Counted from the first letter of the stretch, positions 9,143 through 18,090 are shown. The stretch is DNA of 53,700 nt from Coriobacteriales bacterium (GCA_050946255.1 JBMNUL010000001.1:1-53700), one strand, 5' to 3'. Notes: a model not told the origin generated them from the sequence alone. Numbers and translations: made by a program.

Positions 9143-10451
9143 AAAGTTTGGGTCGCACACTATATCCGGAGGGTCAAGTGGCGGAAGGGCCCGGGGATTC
9201 GGAGATTTCAGCGACCTCGATCTAGATGGCGATCGGGAAAACGACCTTGACCAAGATGGAAACGGAGAGAATCGCTTCGAGGAAGAGGAGAGATTCGACT
9301 TCTCCGTAGATCCCACCGATTACAGGTGGGCCTGGGTTGAGGTAGACAAAGACGCTATTGTCCACAATGTTCGCGAGATCAACAAGAAGATAGGACCCAG
9401 GCCACGCCTTCTTGCAACCGTGAAGGCCGATGCCTACGGACATGGAGCAGTCGAGGTTTCCAAGATTGCCCTGTCTGCAGGTGCCGACTGGCTTTCGGTT
9501 GCAACAGTTCAAGAGGGTGCCGAGCTGAGAGAGGCCGGCATCACTTGCCCGATTCTCCTTCTCTCGCAGCCTCCTGCAAGGTCGATACCAGCGCTTTTGC
9601 ACTACAACATCATCCCCTCGGTATACTCCACTGATTTCGCCTTGGCCTTGGGCGAGATGGCGGCGGCACGTGGGTTGGTAGCCGACTTCCACCTCGGCAT
9701 CAACACTGGGATGAACCGCATCGGGGTCTGGTACGACGACGTCGTCGAGTTCCTGCGCTTGATCTCCTTTCACAAGGGAATCAACCTGGCTGGTACTTTC
9801 ACGCATTTTGCCACCGCCGATGAATTCGACGACTATGCCTTCATGCTCCAGCTCCGCAGGTTCAAGGAGGCCGTGAACGCAATTCGAGCAGCGGGCTTCG
9901 ACCCGGGAATCGTGCACTGCGCAAACTCCGCTGCGGCAATTCGCTACAAGGACAGCTGCTTCGACATGGTGCGCGCGGGCATCGCGATTTACGGTCTTCA
10001 TCCATCGTCGGCGACCCACGGGGTCATCGAACTTTGGCCGGCGATGTCTGTGAAGGCGAGGATCACCGCAGTCAACGAAGTGCCGGTTGGCGAGGGTGTT
10101 GGCTATGGGCTCACGTACAGATCCCCAGGTCACGTGAAGATCTGCACGGTTCCGCTTGGCTATGCCGACGGTCTTTCCAGAGCGCTTTCCAACAGGATGA
10201 AGGTTCTCTACGACGGCAAGTACTGCCAGCAAGTTGGGAACATTTGCATGGACCAGTTCATGTTCGAAGTCGACCGAAGGTCCACGCTTCTCAACCCGGC
10301 ATCAGATCCGGAGTTTGGGGACGAGGTCGTCATCATCGGGAGGCAGGGCGACAAGATCCTGCATCTCGACGAGATGGCCGGAATGCTCGGAACCATCAAC
10401 TACGAACTTGCGTGCAGGTTCGGAATGAGGCTCCCGAAGGTTTACGTGTAG
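9135..10451 (+). CDS. alr: Alanine racemase with an N-terminal acidic extension of about 60 aa
   Basis: PLP-lysine motif VKADAYGHGA and C-terminal TINYELACR. The ATG at 9135 overlaps the acpS stop (ATGCCTGA) and has a GGAGG RBS. Confidence 0.9.
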   Translation: MPEKFGSHTISGGSSGGRARGFGDFSDLDLDGDRENDLDQDGNGENRFEEEERFDFSVDPTDYRWAWVEVDKDAIVHNVREINKKIGPRPRLLATVKADAYGHGAVEVSKIALSAGADWLSVATVQEGAELREAGITCPILLLSQPPARSIPALLHYNIIPSVYSTDFALALGEMAAARGLVADFHLGINTGMNRIGVWYDDVVEFLRLISFHKGINLAGTFTHFATADEFDDYAFMLQLRRFKEAVNAIRAAGFDPGIVHCANSAAAIRYKDSCFDMVRAGIAIYGLHPSSATHGVIELWPAMSVKARITAVNEVPVGEGVGYGLTYRSPGHVKICTVPLGYADGLSRALSNRMKVLYDGKYCQQVGNICMDQFMFEVDRRSTLLNPASDPEFGDEVVIIGRQGDKILHLDEMAGMLGTINYELACRFGMRLPKVYV

Positions 10452-10461
10452 GGAGGTCGAG

Positions 10462-11079
10462 ATGGAGTACAAGGCAAGCGGGAATGCCGATTTGGACGCA
10501 TGCATGAACGACGCCCTTCAATGTCACAAGTGCCAGCTTTGCGAAACCAGGAACTCCGTGGTCTTCGGTGTGGGGAACCCCAACGCCGAGGTCATGTTCA
10601 TAGGCGAGGCTCCGGGGAGGCAGGAAGACCTGGGTGCCGAACCGTTCATAGGCGCTGCCGGCCAGTATCTCAACACCTTGCTCGAAATAGCGGGAATCAA
10701 GAGGGAGGATATCTACATCGCCAACGTGCTGAAATGCAGGCCTCCTTCGAACAGGGACCCGCATCCCGACGAGATCAAGCTCTGCACCCCGTTCCTGCGC
10801 AGGCAGGTCAAGGCGATCATGCCGGATGTGCTGGTCACGCTCGGGAATTTCGCCACGAAATTCGTGCTGAAGACCGACAGGGGAATCACCTCGCTGCGCG
10901 GCAGGGCTTATACTGCCGGGAGGTTCTACGTGCTCCCGACCTTCCATCCCGCGGCTGCAATCTACGACAAGTCGAAATGCGAGCTCATGGAGGACGACTT
11001 CAGATTGCTGAACGAGTTGCTCAAGGTCGAGCGCGAGCGCAAGGCCGCCGCACAGGGCAAGGCCGAGGCTCAGGATTAA
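10462..11079 (+). CDS. Uracil-DNA glycosylase, family 4 (Fe-S type)
   Basis: GEAPGRQED and NVLKCRPP motifs, N-terminal Cys cluster (CHKCQLC), GGGAGG RBS. Confidence 0.9.
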   Translation: MEYKASGNADLDACMNDALQCHKCQLCETRNSVVFGVGNPNAEVMFIGEAPGRQEDLGAEPFIGAAGQYLNTLLEIAGIKREDIYIANVLKCRPPSNRDPHPDEIKLCTPFLRRQVKAIMPDVLVTLGNFATKFVLKTDRGITSLRGRAYTAGRFYVLPTFHPAAAIYDKSKCELMEDDFRLLNELLKVERERKAAAQGKAEAQD

Positions 11080-11089
11080 CACGGGGCCA

Positions 11090-11141
11090 CCGAGGTTTGA
11101 TGCTTGGCACCAATGCCGAGGTTTGATTTTGGCTCCACGGC
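11090..11141. repeat. 26-bp degenerate tandem duplication x2 downstream of the UDG gene
   Basis: CCGAGGTTTGATGCTTGGCACCAATG is followed by CCGAGGTTTGATTTTGGCTCCACGGC. Confidence 0.7.
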
Positions 11142-11198
11142 AATTGCTGGCCAATGAGGCACATGATTGTCAATACGAAACGATGGTAGGAGATGGAC

Positions 11199-11711
11199 AT
11201 GAAAATCGAGTCTGATTCAGTAGAGCAGACCATAGGCTACGGCAAGTCGATAGCCCATCTGCTGCGACCCGACGACATGCTCGTCCTCTGCGGGGACCTC
11301 GGCGCTGGCAAGACGCATTTCACCAAGGGCGTCGCGAAGGGGCTCGGGGTGTTCGACGAGATAACCAGCCCCACATTCAACATCCTCCGAACACATGATG
11401 GCACGCCCGGCTATGATGACCCAACTGGGAATTTCAACGGGAAAGAGGATATGCCCACGCTCGCGCACTGGGACCTTTACAGGCTGGACGAGCCCTCGCA
11501 GCTCAACGACGTCGATTTCTTCGGCATCGTGGAATCTGGCGTGATCTCCCTTGTGGAGTGGGGGGACAAGTTCCCAGATGAGCTTCCAGACGATTACGTC
11601 GAGGTCGATATCACGCTCGATGCCGATGGCAAGAGGGTTCTCGAACTGAGCGCCCTCGGGGACCGTGGCAACGAGCTGTTGTCGCAAATCGAGCAGGTGC
11701 TTGTCAGCTGA
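11199..11711 (+). CDS. tsaE: tRNA t6A37 biosynthesis ATPase TsaE
   Basis: P-loop GDLGAGKTHFTKG, plus SPTFNI and HWDLYRL motifs. The second ATG (11199) has correct spacing from GGTAGGAG. Confidence 0.9.
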   Translation: MKIESDSVEQTIGYGKSIAHLLRPDDMLVLCGDLGAGKTHFTKGVAKGLGVFDEITSPTFNILRTHDGTPGYDDPTGNFNGKEDMPTLAHWDLYRLDEPSQLNDVDFFGIVESGVISLVEWGDKFPDELPDDYVEVDITLDADGKRVLELSALGDRGNELLSQIEQVLVS

Positions 11712-11811
11712 ACTGGACTTTTCGATTGGAAAACGGCACGCAATACCCTATCGCAAGACAATTGAGGCATGGTGGAGTTTCCGTGCCGACTACTAGAAGA
11801 GAGCATTAGAC

Positions 11812-13860
11812 ATGTCCCGAGACGTCATTCTGGCATTCGATACTTCAACCGAGCGGATTGCGCTCGGCGCCGCCCACGACCTTGGCCCATCTGAGATTGG
11901 AAAGACCGCAGGGGAGGGGTCCGAGGCGATGAGGAAAGCCATCGTCCACACGGACTCAGTGGAGGCCAAGCGCTGTGCCAATCAGAGGCTCATCTCCGAG
12001 ATAACGAGGATGATGGACGAGAGCTCGCTCCCCAAGGAATCCATCGGGGCCGTTGTTTGCGGTAGGGGCCCGGGTTCCTTCACGGGGGTGCGCATTGGAG
12101 TTGCCACGGCAAAGGGCATTGCAAGCGGGCTCGGATGTCCCCTTTACGGGGCGTCTACCCTCGATGCCGTGGCATGGGAAGCTTGGGCAAAGGGTTTCCG
12201 CGGGCATCTTGGCGTTGTCAACGATGCGCTCCGGAAGGAAGTCTATCCAGTTCGCTATGAGGTGGACGATTCTGGGATCGAGCGTCTCGATCCCGACAAC
12301 GTGGACAAGCCGGCAGCGGCGGCTGAGCGTTGGGCAAGCTACTATAACGAAGATAACGGCGCAGGCTTTCTGTCCATCGAGGAGCCAGGCGTCTTTCTCG
12401 CTGGAGATGGTCTCGCGAAGTTCGCGACTGTTTTCGCGGATGCGTTCGTGGTGGCGGGAACGAAGATGACTTTTCTCCCGGAAGAATATTGGGAGGTCAC
12501 CGGAAGAGGTCTCTTGCTAGCCTATTACGACGACAAGCGCAAGGGACTTTTGGGGTCGGGTCATCCGCAGGAGCTGCTCCCGGTTTACACCAGGCTGTCC
12601 GATGCCGAGGAGAACGAGAAAGTCCGCAAGGCTTTGGGAAAGCCGATGCGCGGGGTCTTGGTTAACAAAACCGAGGACTTCGTCGAGAAGTCCGACAGTC
12701 CCGAGGGTCTAGATCCCAGTTCTGCAGAAGACGTGCCTCAAACTGGCGTGGCCCTGGAGGAGAAGCTCCAGCTTATTGAGGACCCAGTTTCCCGCGATAA
12801 CGACCTGTCGGATCTCGACATCGAAGCCGAGCATCCGCTGATACTTGCGATAGAGAGCTCATGCGACGAGACTGCCGCCGCCGTTGTGGATGGTGACAAG
12901 GAGATGATATCCGATCTCATTGCCACGCAAATCGATTTCCACAAGAGGTTCGGGGGAGTTGTCCCGGAGATTGCCTCACGAAAGCACACTGAGGCCATCG
13001 TCGGACTCGTTGAAGAGACTATGGAGCGAGCTGGCGAGAACCTGGGCCTCGGACGGCCGCTCCGTTGGAACGAGCTCGATGCCATTGCGGTGACGCAAGG
13101 ACCCGGTCTTGTGGGTGCGCTCGTCGTGGGCATGGCCTACGCAAAGGGGCTGAGCTGGTCCACGGGTCTGCCGCTGATCGGCGTAAACCACATGGAGGGT
13201 CACATCTACGCAAACCAGCTGGTGAACCCCGACATCAAGCCGCCGATGGTGGTCTCGCTGGTATCTGGCGGGCACACGATGTTGGTCCACGTGAGAGATT
13301 GGGGAGATTACGAAGTTCTGGGACAGACTCTGGACGATGCCGTTGGCGAGGCCTACGACAAAGTCGCAAAGGCCCTTGGTCTCGGATACCCCGGTGGTCC
13401 TGTTATCTCTAAGCTGGCGGCAAAGGGGGATCCGAACGCCATCGACTTTCCCAGGGCGATGCTCCACAGCCACGACTACCGCTTCTCTCTTTCTGGGCTT
13501 AAGACTGCGGTCATGACCTATATCAAGGGAGAGCTCGACGCCGGGCGTGAGCTCAATGTTCCCAACATCGCTGCATCGTTTCAGCAGGCAGTTATCGACG
13601 TTCAGGTTGCAAAGGCAGTGAACGCCGTGAGGGAAACTGGAGTCAAGGAGTTCTGCCTTGGCGGCGGAGTGGCGGCGAATCCCGAGCTCCGCAAGCAGCT
13701 CAAGGAGGCAATCGAGGCTGAGGGTGTGCACGTCACGCTTCCAGATCTGTCCGCTTGCACTGACAACGCCGCGATGATCGCAGCGGTTGCGGTCGATTTA
13801 TACGGGCAGGGAGAATTCCTCGACCTCGAGGCGGACTCGCTCCCGAACATGCCGCTCTAG
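11812..13860 (+). CDS. tsaD: Fused TsaB (YeaZ)-TsaD (Kae1/Gcp) t6A37 threonylcarbamoyltransferase
   Basis: The N-terminal about 240 aa are TsaB-like (ILAFDTSTERIALGA, GPGSFTGVRIG). A low-complexity linker of about 100 aa follows. The C-terminal about 340 aa are TsaD (ILAIESSCDETAAAV, NHMEGH, VSGGHT, GGVAAN). Confidence 0.9.
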   Translation: MSRDVILAFDTSTERIALGAAHDLGPSEIGKTAGEGSEAMRKAIVHTDSVEAKRCANQRLISEITRMMDESSLPKESIGAVVCGRGPGSFTGVRIGVATAKGIASGLGCPLYGASTLDAVAWEAWAKGFRGHLGVVNDALRKEVYPVRYEVDDSGIERLDPDNVDKPAAAAERWASYYNEDNGAGFLSIEEPGVFLAGDGLAKFATVFADAFVVAGTKMTFLPEEYWEVTGRGLLLAYYDDKRKGLLGSGHPQELLPVYTRLSDAEENEKVRKALGKPMRGVLVNKTEDFVEKSDSPEGLDPSSAEDVPQTGVALEEKLQLIEDPVSRDNDLSDLDIEAEHPLILAIESSCDETAAAVVDGDKEMISDLIATQIDFHKRFGGVVPEIASRKHTEAIVGLVEETMERAGENLGLGRPLRWNELDAIAVTQGPGLVGALVVGMAYAKGLSWSTGLPLIGVNHMEGHIYANQLVNPDIKPPMVVSLVSGGHTMLVHVRDWGDYEVLGQTLDDAVGEAYDKVAKALGLGYPGGPVISKLAAKGDPNAIDFPRAMLHSHDYRFSLSGLKTAVMTYIKGELDAGRELNVPNIAASFQQAVIDVQVAKAVNAVRETGVKEFCLGGGVAANPELRKQLKEAIEAEGVHVTLPDLSACTDNAAMIAAVAVDLYGQGEFLDLEADSLPNMPL

Positions 13861-14060
13861 AAGGCGGGTTCACGCACAAGATTCTCTTCCGAACAAGGCA
13901 CTCTGGAGACAGCTTGGTCCTGTTCAGGCCGGTAGACCCACCTCAGAGTGGGCTCAGTTCAAGCTGCAAATCGTTCTATATGCTGGGAGGCTCGGCCCAA
14001 TCCCTAGACTCTGCTCAAGCCGCTAGGCCCACCTCGGGATGCCCAGCTATAAAATACGAA

Positions 14061-14101
14061 ACGACCTGCGCCCGGAGCGAAATCCCGAAAGTGCAGGTCG
14101 T
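14061..14101 (-). terminator. Intrinsic terminator for the minus-strand small gene
   Basis: 9-bp stem ACGACCTGC/GCAGGTCGT. On the minus strand it is followed by TTTCGTATTTTAT. Confidence 0.6.
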
Positions 14102-14153
14102 CGGCGTTCGGCTAAAGACTTGCTATCTGAAGCTGCCTTCTTGGAGTTGAGAC

Positions 14154-14456
14154 TTAGGCAAGCTTTGCAGTGAGCTCGGTGGTACCGATGGTTCCAACTT
14201 CGGCATCCTCGCCCTCGACCTCTACGGAAATGTTGTCAACTTCGTCTCTCATGATCTTGCCGAGGAGCTTTCCGTCTGCATAGACCTCCCAAGTGGAGTT
14301 TGGAATCATTGGAACATAGATCTCATCTGCGATGAGCTTGAGCATGGCCGATGTCTTCATGTTGTCGAGGGTGCTGAAGACCCTGTGGTTGAAGCCGGGC
14401 TCCTCGTCTTTCCCGGTGTCTTTCTGGTCGAGAGTGAAGTCCATAACAGAAGCCAT
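14154..14456 (-). CDS. Hypothetical small acidic protein (about 100 aa)
   Basis: The ORF has its own terminator and an upstream repeat/operator-like region. I recognise no family. Start is uncertain (14456 or 14444; ORF-track 14501). Confidence 0.5.
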   Translation of the reverse strand: MASVMDFTLDQKDTGKDEEPGFNHRVFSTLDNMKTSAMLKLIADEIYVPMIPNSTWEVYADGKLLGKIMRDEVDNISVEVEGEDAEVGTIGTTELTAKLA

Positions 14457-14783
14457 ATGCAAACACTGCCTTTCTTTCCCCGTTGTCTCAGAAATTAACA
14501 CGTTATCTCAGATTGACTGAGAATCGCAAATTCAGTTGTAATCCCGTTTAGAAGAATAACGATTCTGGCGGCTGCAATAAAGATTTTTGACATCAACTGG
14601 GGCGATTTCGGGATTCTCTCTAAATTCTGCCATCCAAAAAGGGCAGATTGCTCATCGCCACATACTTGCAGTGAGGCCGATTGACCAAATGTGGGAAGCC
14701 GTTTCACATGGTTGTCGTTGACAACATGGCCCATCATTGCGAGAATCACAAATTGTCATCGGGTATTACAGATGGCGAAAAAA

Positions 14784-14859
14784 GGGGATGTAGCTCAGCT
14801 GGGAGAGCATCGCGTTCGCAACGCGGGGGTCGTGGGTTCGAATCCCATCATCTCCACCA
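14784..14859 (+). tRNA. tRNA-Ala (anticodon CGC), CCA encoded
   Basis: Hand-folded cloverleaf with G3:U70 identity pair, anticodon loop TTCGCAA and a GGTTCGAATCC T-arm. Confidence 0.95.
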
Positions 14860-14872
14860 ATTCGAGACGGAA

Positions 14873-14903
14873 GGGCCTCTTGTTCTTGAGGAACGAGGGG
14901 CCC
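14873..14903 (+). terminator. 13-bp hairpin after tRNA-Ala with no clear U-tract
   Basis: GGGCCTCTTGTTC-TTGAG-GAACGAGGGGCCC, including G:U pairs. Confidence 0.4.
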
Positions 14904-15039
14904 TAGTTGTACCTGCACATCGTCACTTGACAAGCCCCTAGTTTTCCTGCACATCGTCACTTGACAAGCCCCTAGTTTTCCTGCACATCGTCACTTGCCA
15001 AGTACCTAGCCCTTCCTGCACACCTTCGTTCCAATGAGC
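14901..15039. repeat. 34-35-bp tandem repeat, 3 good copies plus 1 degenerate
   Basis: The unit is CCCTAGTT(G/T)T(A/T)CCTGCACATCGTCACTTGACAAGC. Each unit contains the GTCACTTGAC mini-palindrome and a TTGACA hexamer. Confidence 0.85.
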
Positions 15040-15190
15040 GCACGGCCCTTGTTGCAAAGGCCCTAGAACTTTTTCGACGGTTTCCAGCTTGCAAAACCTT
15101 GGGGGTAGATGGGATACTTAACTCCAGTTCTTTGCATTTCATAGTGGGGGTTTCTGCAGTTGATTACCCAAAAACGAAAAGGAAGGGAAT

Positions 15191-15967
15191 ATGGAAAATC
15201 GATTGAACATCGGTAAGAAATGGAAAGTGATTGCTTGCGCTGCGCTCGCAATGGTATTCGCACTGTCGCTTAGTGCCTGCGGGTCAAGCGACTCTGGCTC
15301 AGGCTCGGGCTCAGCGGGTTCAGGATCGGGCTCAGGCTCGGGCTCAACATCTCAAACGGCATCTGAGGCTTTCAGCAATGGCGGCATATGGTATGTCAGC
15401 TATGGCACGGATGGCGTTCCCGAGAAGGACACAGTCATCAGGGAAGTCCTCGTTTTCGAAGACGGGATGGTCACCCCATATCCCATGAACTGGGGAGCCA
15501 CGGATGACGATCTCACATATGGCGACCTCGACGGACTTTCCGACGATGAGATAATCGATTACGTGAAGAACTTCCATAGATCCAACTTTGATTACTGGAT
15601 CGAGAAAACGAAGGAAGATAACAGCGATGACAGCACGACGCTGGCCCTTCTCGACTCGGCTACCTATCAGGCTCCAGAGCCCGTTTCGTACGAGCTCAGG
15701 GTCAAAACTGATGGCACTGGCAACAATACCGAGGAAGAGACCATCGTCTATACCCACAATCTACTTGACCTTGTGAATGAAAATTCCGTCTATGACCCCT
15801 CTGAGGAAAAGCTCAGCTTTGATGCAAGCACCGGCGTCAGCACCGTCTACGACAACCTGTTCGCAGGCTTCACCGGAGACTATGACCTTTACACTATCGT
15901 CAGCAGCGAAGAAGCGACGTTCACGCTGGATTCACCTGATTCCAATGGTGTAACCGTGGAAGACTAA
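15191..15967 (+). CDS. Lipoprotein of unknown function with a (GS)n linker
   Basis: Signal peptide plus lipobox (ALSLSAC|G), then a GSSDSGSGSGSAGSGSGSGSGS linker. AAGGAAGGGA RBS. Confidence 0.75.
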   Translation: MENRLNIGKKWKVIACAALAMVFALSLSACGSSDSGSGSGSAGSGSGSGSGSTSQTASEAFSNGGIWYVSYGTDGVPEKDTVIREVLVFEDGMVTPYPMNWGATDDDLTYGDLDGLSDDEIIDYVKNFHRSNFDYWIEKTKEDNSDDSTTLALLDSATYQAPEPVSYELRVKTDGTGNNTEEETIVYTHNLLDLVNENSVYDPSEEKLSFDASTGVSTVYDNLFAGFTGDYDLYTIVSSEEATFTLDSPDSNGVTVED

Positions 15968-16036
15968 TCGAGTAGGTGCTGGGTAGTGCCTTAATAGGCT
16001 CTCGAATGAAGAAGGGCCTGACTTGTAGATGAGCAG

Positions 16037-16076
16037 CCTCCCATTTCTTGGACATGAGAAATGGGAGGTTTTCTTG
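16037..16076 (+). terminator. Intrinsic terminator of the lipoprotein gene
   Basis: 12-bp stem CCTCCCATTTCT/AGAAATGGGAGG followed by TTTTCTTG. Confidence 0.85.
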
Positions 16077-16255
16077 ATTGGGCACGATATCTCTATCGAG
16101 CTTCAAGCTCTCGGGCTCTTTGTATATTGGATGACGGGGCCGAAGCGCAGCCGAACAAGAGCTTGAGGAGCTCGCGGCTCGCGCAATTGATGAAGATTCT
16201 TCTTGTGTCACGGCGTTATTTTCGAGTATCCAGGGCACCCTGCCCTTCGAAAAGC

Positions 16256-16283
16256 TTGAAAAAACCTATAAACCCACTATAGT
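16256..16283 (+). promoter_or_regulatory. Putative sigma-70 promoter of the rrf2-family gene
   Basis: TTGAAA-16 nt-TATAGT. An ACTATAGT palindrome overlaps the -10. Confidence 0.5.
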
Positions 16284-16397
16284 ATAGGAAATATCTAGCG
16301 GCAGAAGTTCGCCATTTAGCGTTCTGCCAAGTTCGAGGTTCTTGGTTTTCGAAGTTTCGACAGCTCTGGCAGCCCGGACCGGAAAGAGGGAAACATC

Positions 16398-16808
16398 ATG
16401 ATAGTCTCCACAAAGGGAAGATATGCGCTGCGCGTGATGATCGACCTCTCCCAGAATCAGGACAGGGGTTTTATCCCGCTTCGCGAAATTGCCGAGAGGC
16501 AGAACATCTCTCCCAAGTATCTTGAAGCTATTGTCAGCATGCTCCAGAAGAGCGGGATGGTCGTTGGCCTTCGCGGCAAGGGTGGGGGATACAAGCTCAC
16601 CCGAGAACCGAAGGATTATACGGTGCAGGAGATTCTCGAACTTACCGAGGGAACGCTGGTTCCCGTAGCCTGCCTCGAAAGCGATGACAACACATGTCCG
16701 AGGTCCGAATATTGCCTGACGCTTCCGATGTGGAAGAAGCTCGACGACATCATCGAGGACTATTTCGGCAACATCACCTTGGAAGATCTCGTCTGCGGTA
16801 GGGTCTAG
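16398..16808 (+). CDS. Rrf2-family transcriptional regulator (CymR/IscR-like, three-Cys cluster)
   Basis: MIVSTKGRYALRVMIDL wHTH N-terminus, C-x8-C-x5-C (ACLESDDNTCPRSEYC), and adjacent to cysK. Confidence 0.9.
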   Translation: MIVSTKGRYALRVMIDLSQNQDRGFIPLREIAERQNISPKYLEAIVSMLQKSGMVVGLRGKGGGYKLTREPKDYTVQEILELTEGTLVPVACLESDDNTCPRSEYCLTLPMWKKLDDIIEDYFGNITLEDLVCGRV

Positions 16809-16903
16809 ATTCTCTGAGCTGACTCCGCCTTTTTGCGAGATGACCGGGCATTCTTGAAATCGCCTCATTTACTTGCGTGTTATGCCAGTTTGAGGTTGGC
16901 TTT

Positions 16904-17012
16904 CCCGTTCTGCCGGCGTCCCCATTCCCACTAGACTCGCTGCCACGCCCCGTTCTGCCCGTGCGCCCTTTCCCGCTTGACTTGAGCGCCATACCCCGTT
17001 CAGCCGGCGCGT
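16904..17012. repeat. About 45-bp degenerate tandem repeat (2.5 copies) between rrf2 and cysK
   Basis: CCCGTTCTGCCGGCG at 16904, CCCGTTCTGCCCGTG at 16949 and CCCGTTCAGCCGGCG at 16995. Confidence 0.7.
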
Positions 17013-17035
17013 AAATTCTTTTCCTAATAAACCTA

Positions 17036-17064
17036 TTGACTTAGTAGGTTTTACATGATATCAC
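17036..17064 (+). promoter_or_regulatory. Putative cysK promoter
   Basis: TTGACT-17 nt-TATCAC with an extended -10 TG (TGATATCAC). A CACATGTG palindrome lies just downstream. Confidence 0.45.
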
Positions 17065-17163
17065 ACACATGTGCGGGCGATATCGGGCTGAACAGGCCCT
17101 GCTCGAAACGATTACGGGAACAATGCCCGCTAGGATGTGGGCAAGTGAAAGGAAGGTCTTGGA

Positions 17164-18090
17164 ATGACGATTCACACCACCATAACCGACTTCATTGGAC
17201 ATACTCCGCTGCTGGAGCTCAAGGGCTATGAGGCAAAGAACGGAGTCAACGCGCACATCATCGCAAAGCTCGAGTATCTCAATCCCGCGGGAAGCGTGAA
17301 GGACAGGATTGCCCTCGCCATGATCGAGGATGCCGAGAAGTCCGGGAAGCTGAGGGAGGGCTCTACGATCATCGAGCCCACCAGTGGAAACACCGGAATC
17401 GGTTTGGCGTCGGTTGCAGCTGCAAAGGGATACAGGATCATCATCACGATGCCCGAGACGATGTCGGTCGAGCGCCGGCGCATGATGAGCGCTTATGGAG
17501 CCGAGATTGTGCTGACTGACGGGTCGAAGGGCATGAAGGGTGCCATCGAGAAGGCGTCCGAGCTGGAGAAGGAGACCGACGGCGGAATCGTCCTGGGCCA
17601 GTTCACGAATCCGGCAAATCCTGCTGCCCACAAAGCCACGACTGGGCCCGAGATCTGGAACGATACCGACGGGAAAGTCGACTACTTCATTGCCGGGGTC
17701 GGCACGGGTGGAACGCTTACCGGAGTTGGGCAGTTCTTGAAGTCCAAGAACCCTGACATCAAGGTTATCGCCGTCGAACCTGCAACCTCTCCAGTTCTTT
17801 CCGAGGGACATGGAGGATCTCACAAGATTCAGGGAATCGGTGCTGGCTTCGTTCCCGATACTCTAGATACCAGCGTCTACGACGAGGTCATCCCAGTTGG
17901 AAACGACGAGGCTTTCGAAATCGGCAAGCAGATTGGAAAGACAGACGGATTCCTAGTCGGCATTTCCTCTGGTGCTGCAATCTGGGCGGCTACACAGATT
18001 GCTCAGAGAGACGGCAATGCCGGGAAGAACATCGTGGTCGTTCTCCCCGACGGCGGAGACCGTTACCTCTCCACCGATCTCTACGCATAG
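17164..18090 (+). CDS. cysK: Cysteine synthase A (O-acetylserine sulfhydrylase)
   Basis: PLP-lysine motif NPAGSVKDRIA, plus TSGNTGIG and GVGTGGT loops. Confidence 0.95.
   Translation: MTIHTTITDFIGHTPLLELKGYEAKNGVNAHIIAKLEYLNPAGSVKDRIALAMIEDAEKSGKLREGSTIIEPTSGNTGIGLASVAAAKGYRIIITMPETMSVERRRMMSAYGAEIVLTDGSKGMKGAIEKASELEKETDGGIVLGQFTNPANPAAHKATTGPEIWNDTDGKVDYFIAGVGTGGTLTGVGQFLKSKNPDIKVIAVEPATSPVLSEGHGGSHKIQGIGAGFVPDTLDTSVYDEVIPVGNDEAFEIGKQIGKTDGFLVGISSGAAIWAATQIAQRDGNAGKNIVVVLPDGGDRYLSTDLYA

Noticed and set aside
6046-9316. Long antisense or alternate-frame ORFs (6046-7152 minus, 7486-8496 minus, 7958-9316 minus, and many similar ones opposite uvrA, ftsK, xseA and tsaD).
   Set aside because: They overlap strongly supported genes and translate to low-complexity R/P/S/G-rich sequences with no motifs or RBS. 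This is the expected stop-codon-poor shadow ORF pattern of GC-rich DNA.
14901-15039. CRISPR array, or an att site of an integrated element next to tRNA-Ala.
   Set aside because: The repeats are directly abutting with no spacers, and no cas genes are present. There is no duplicated tRNA 3' segment and no integrase or phage genes on either side.
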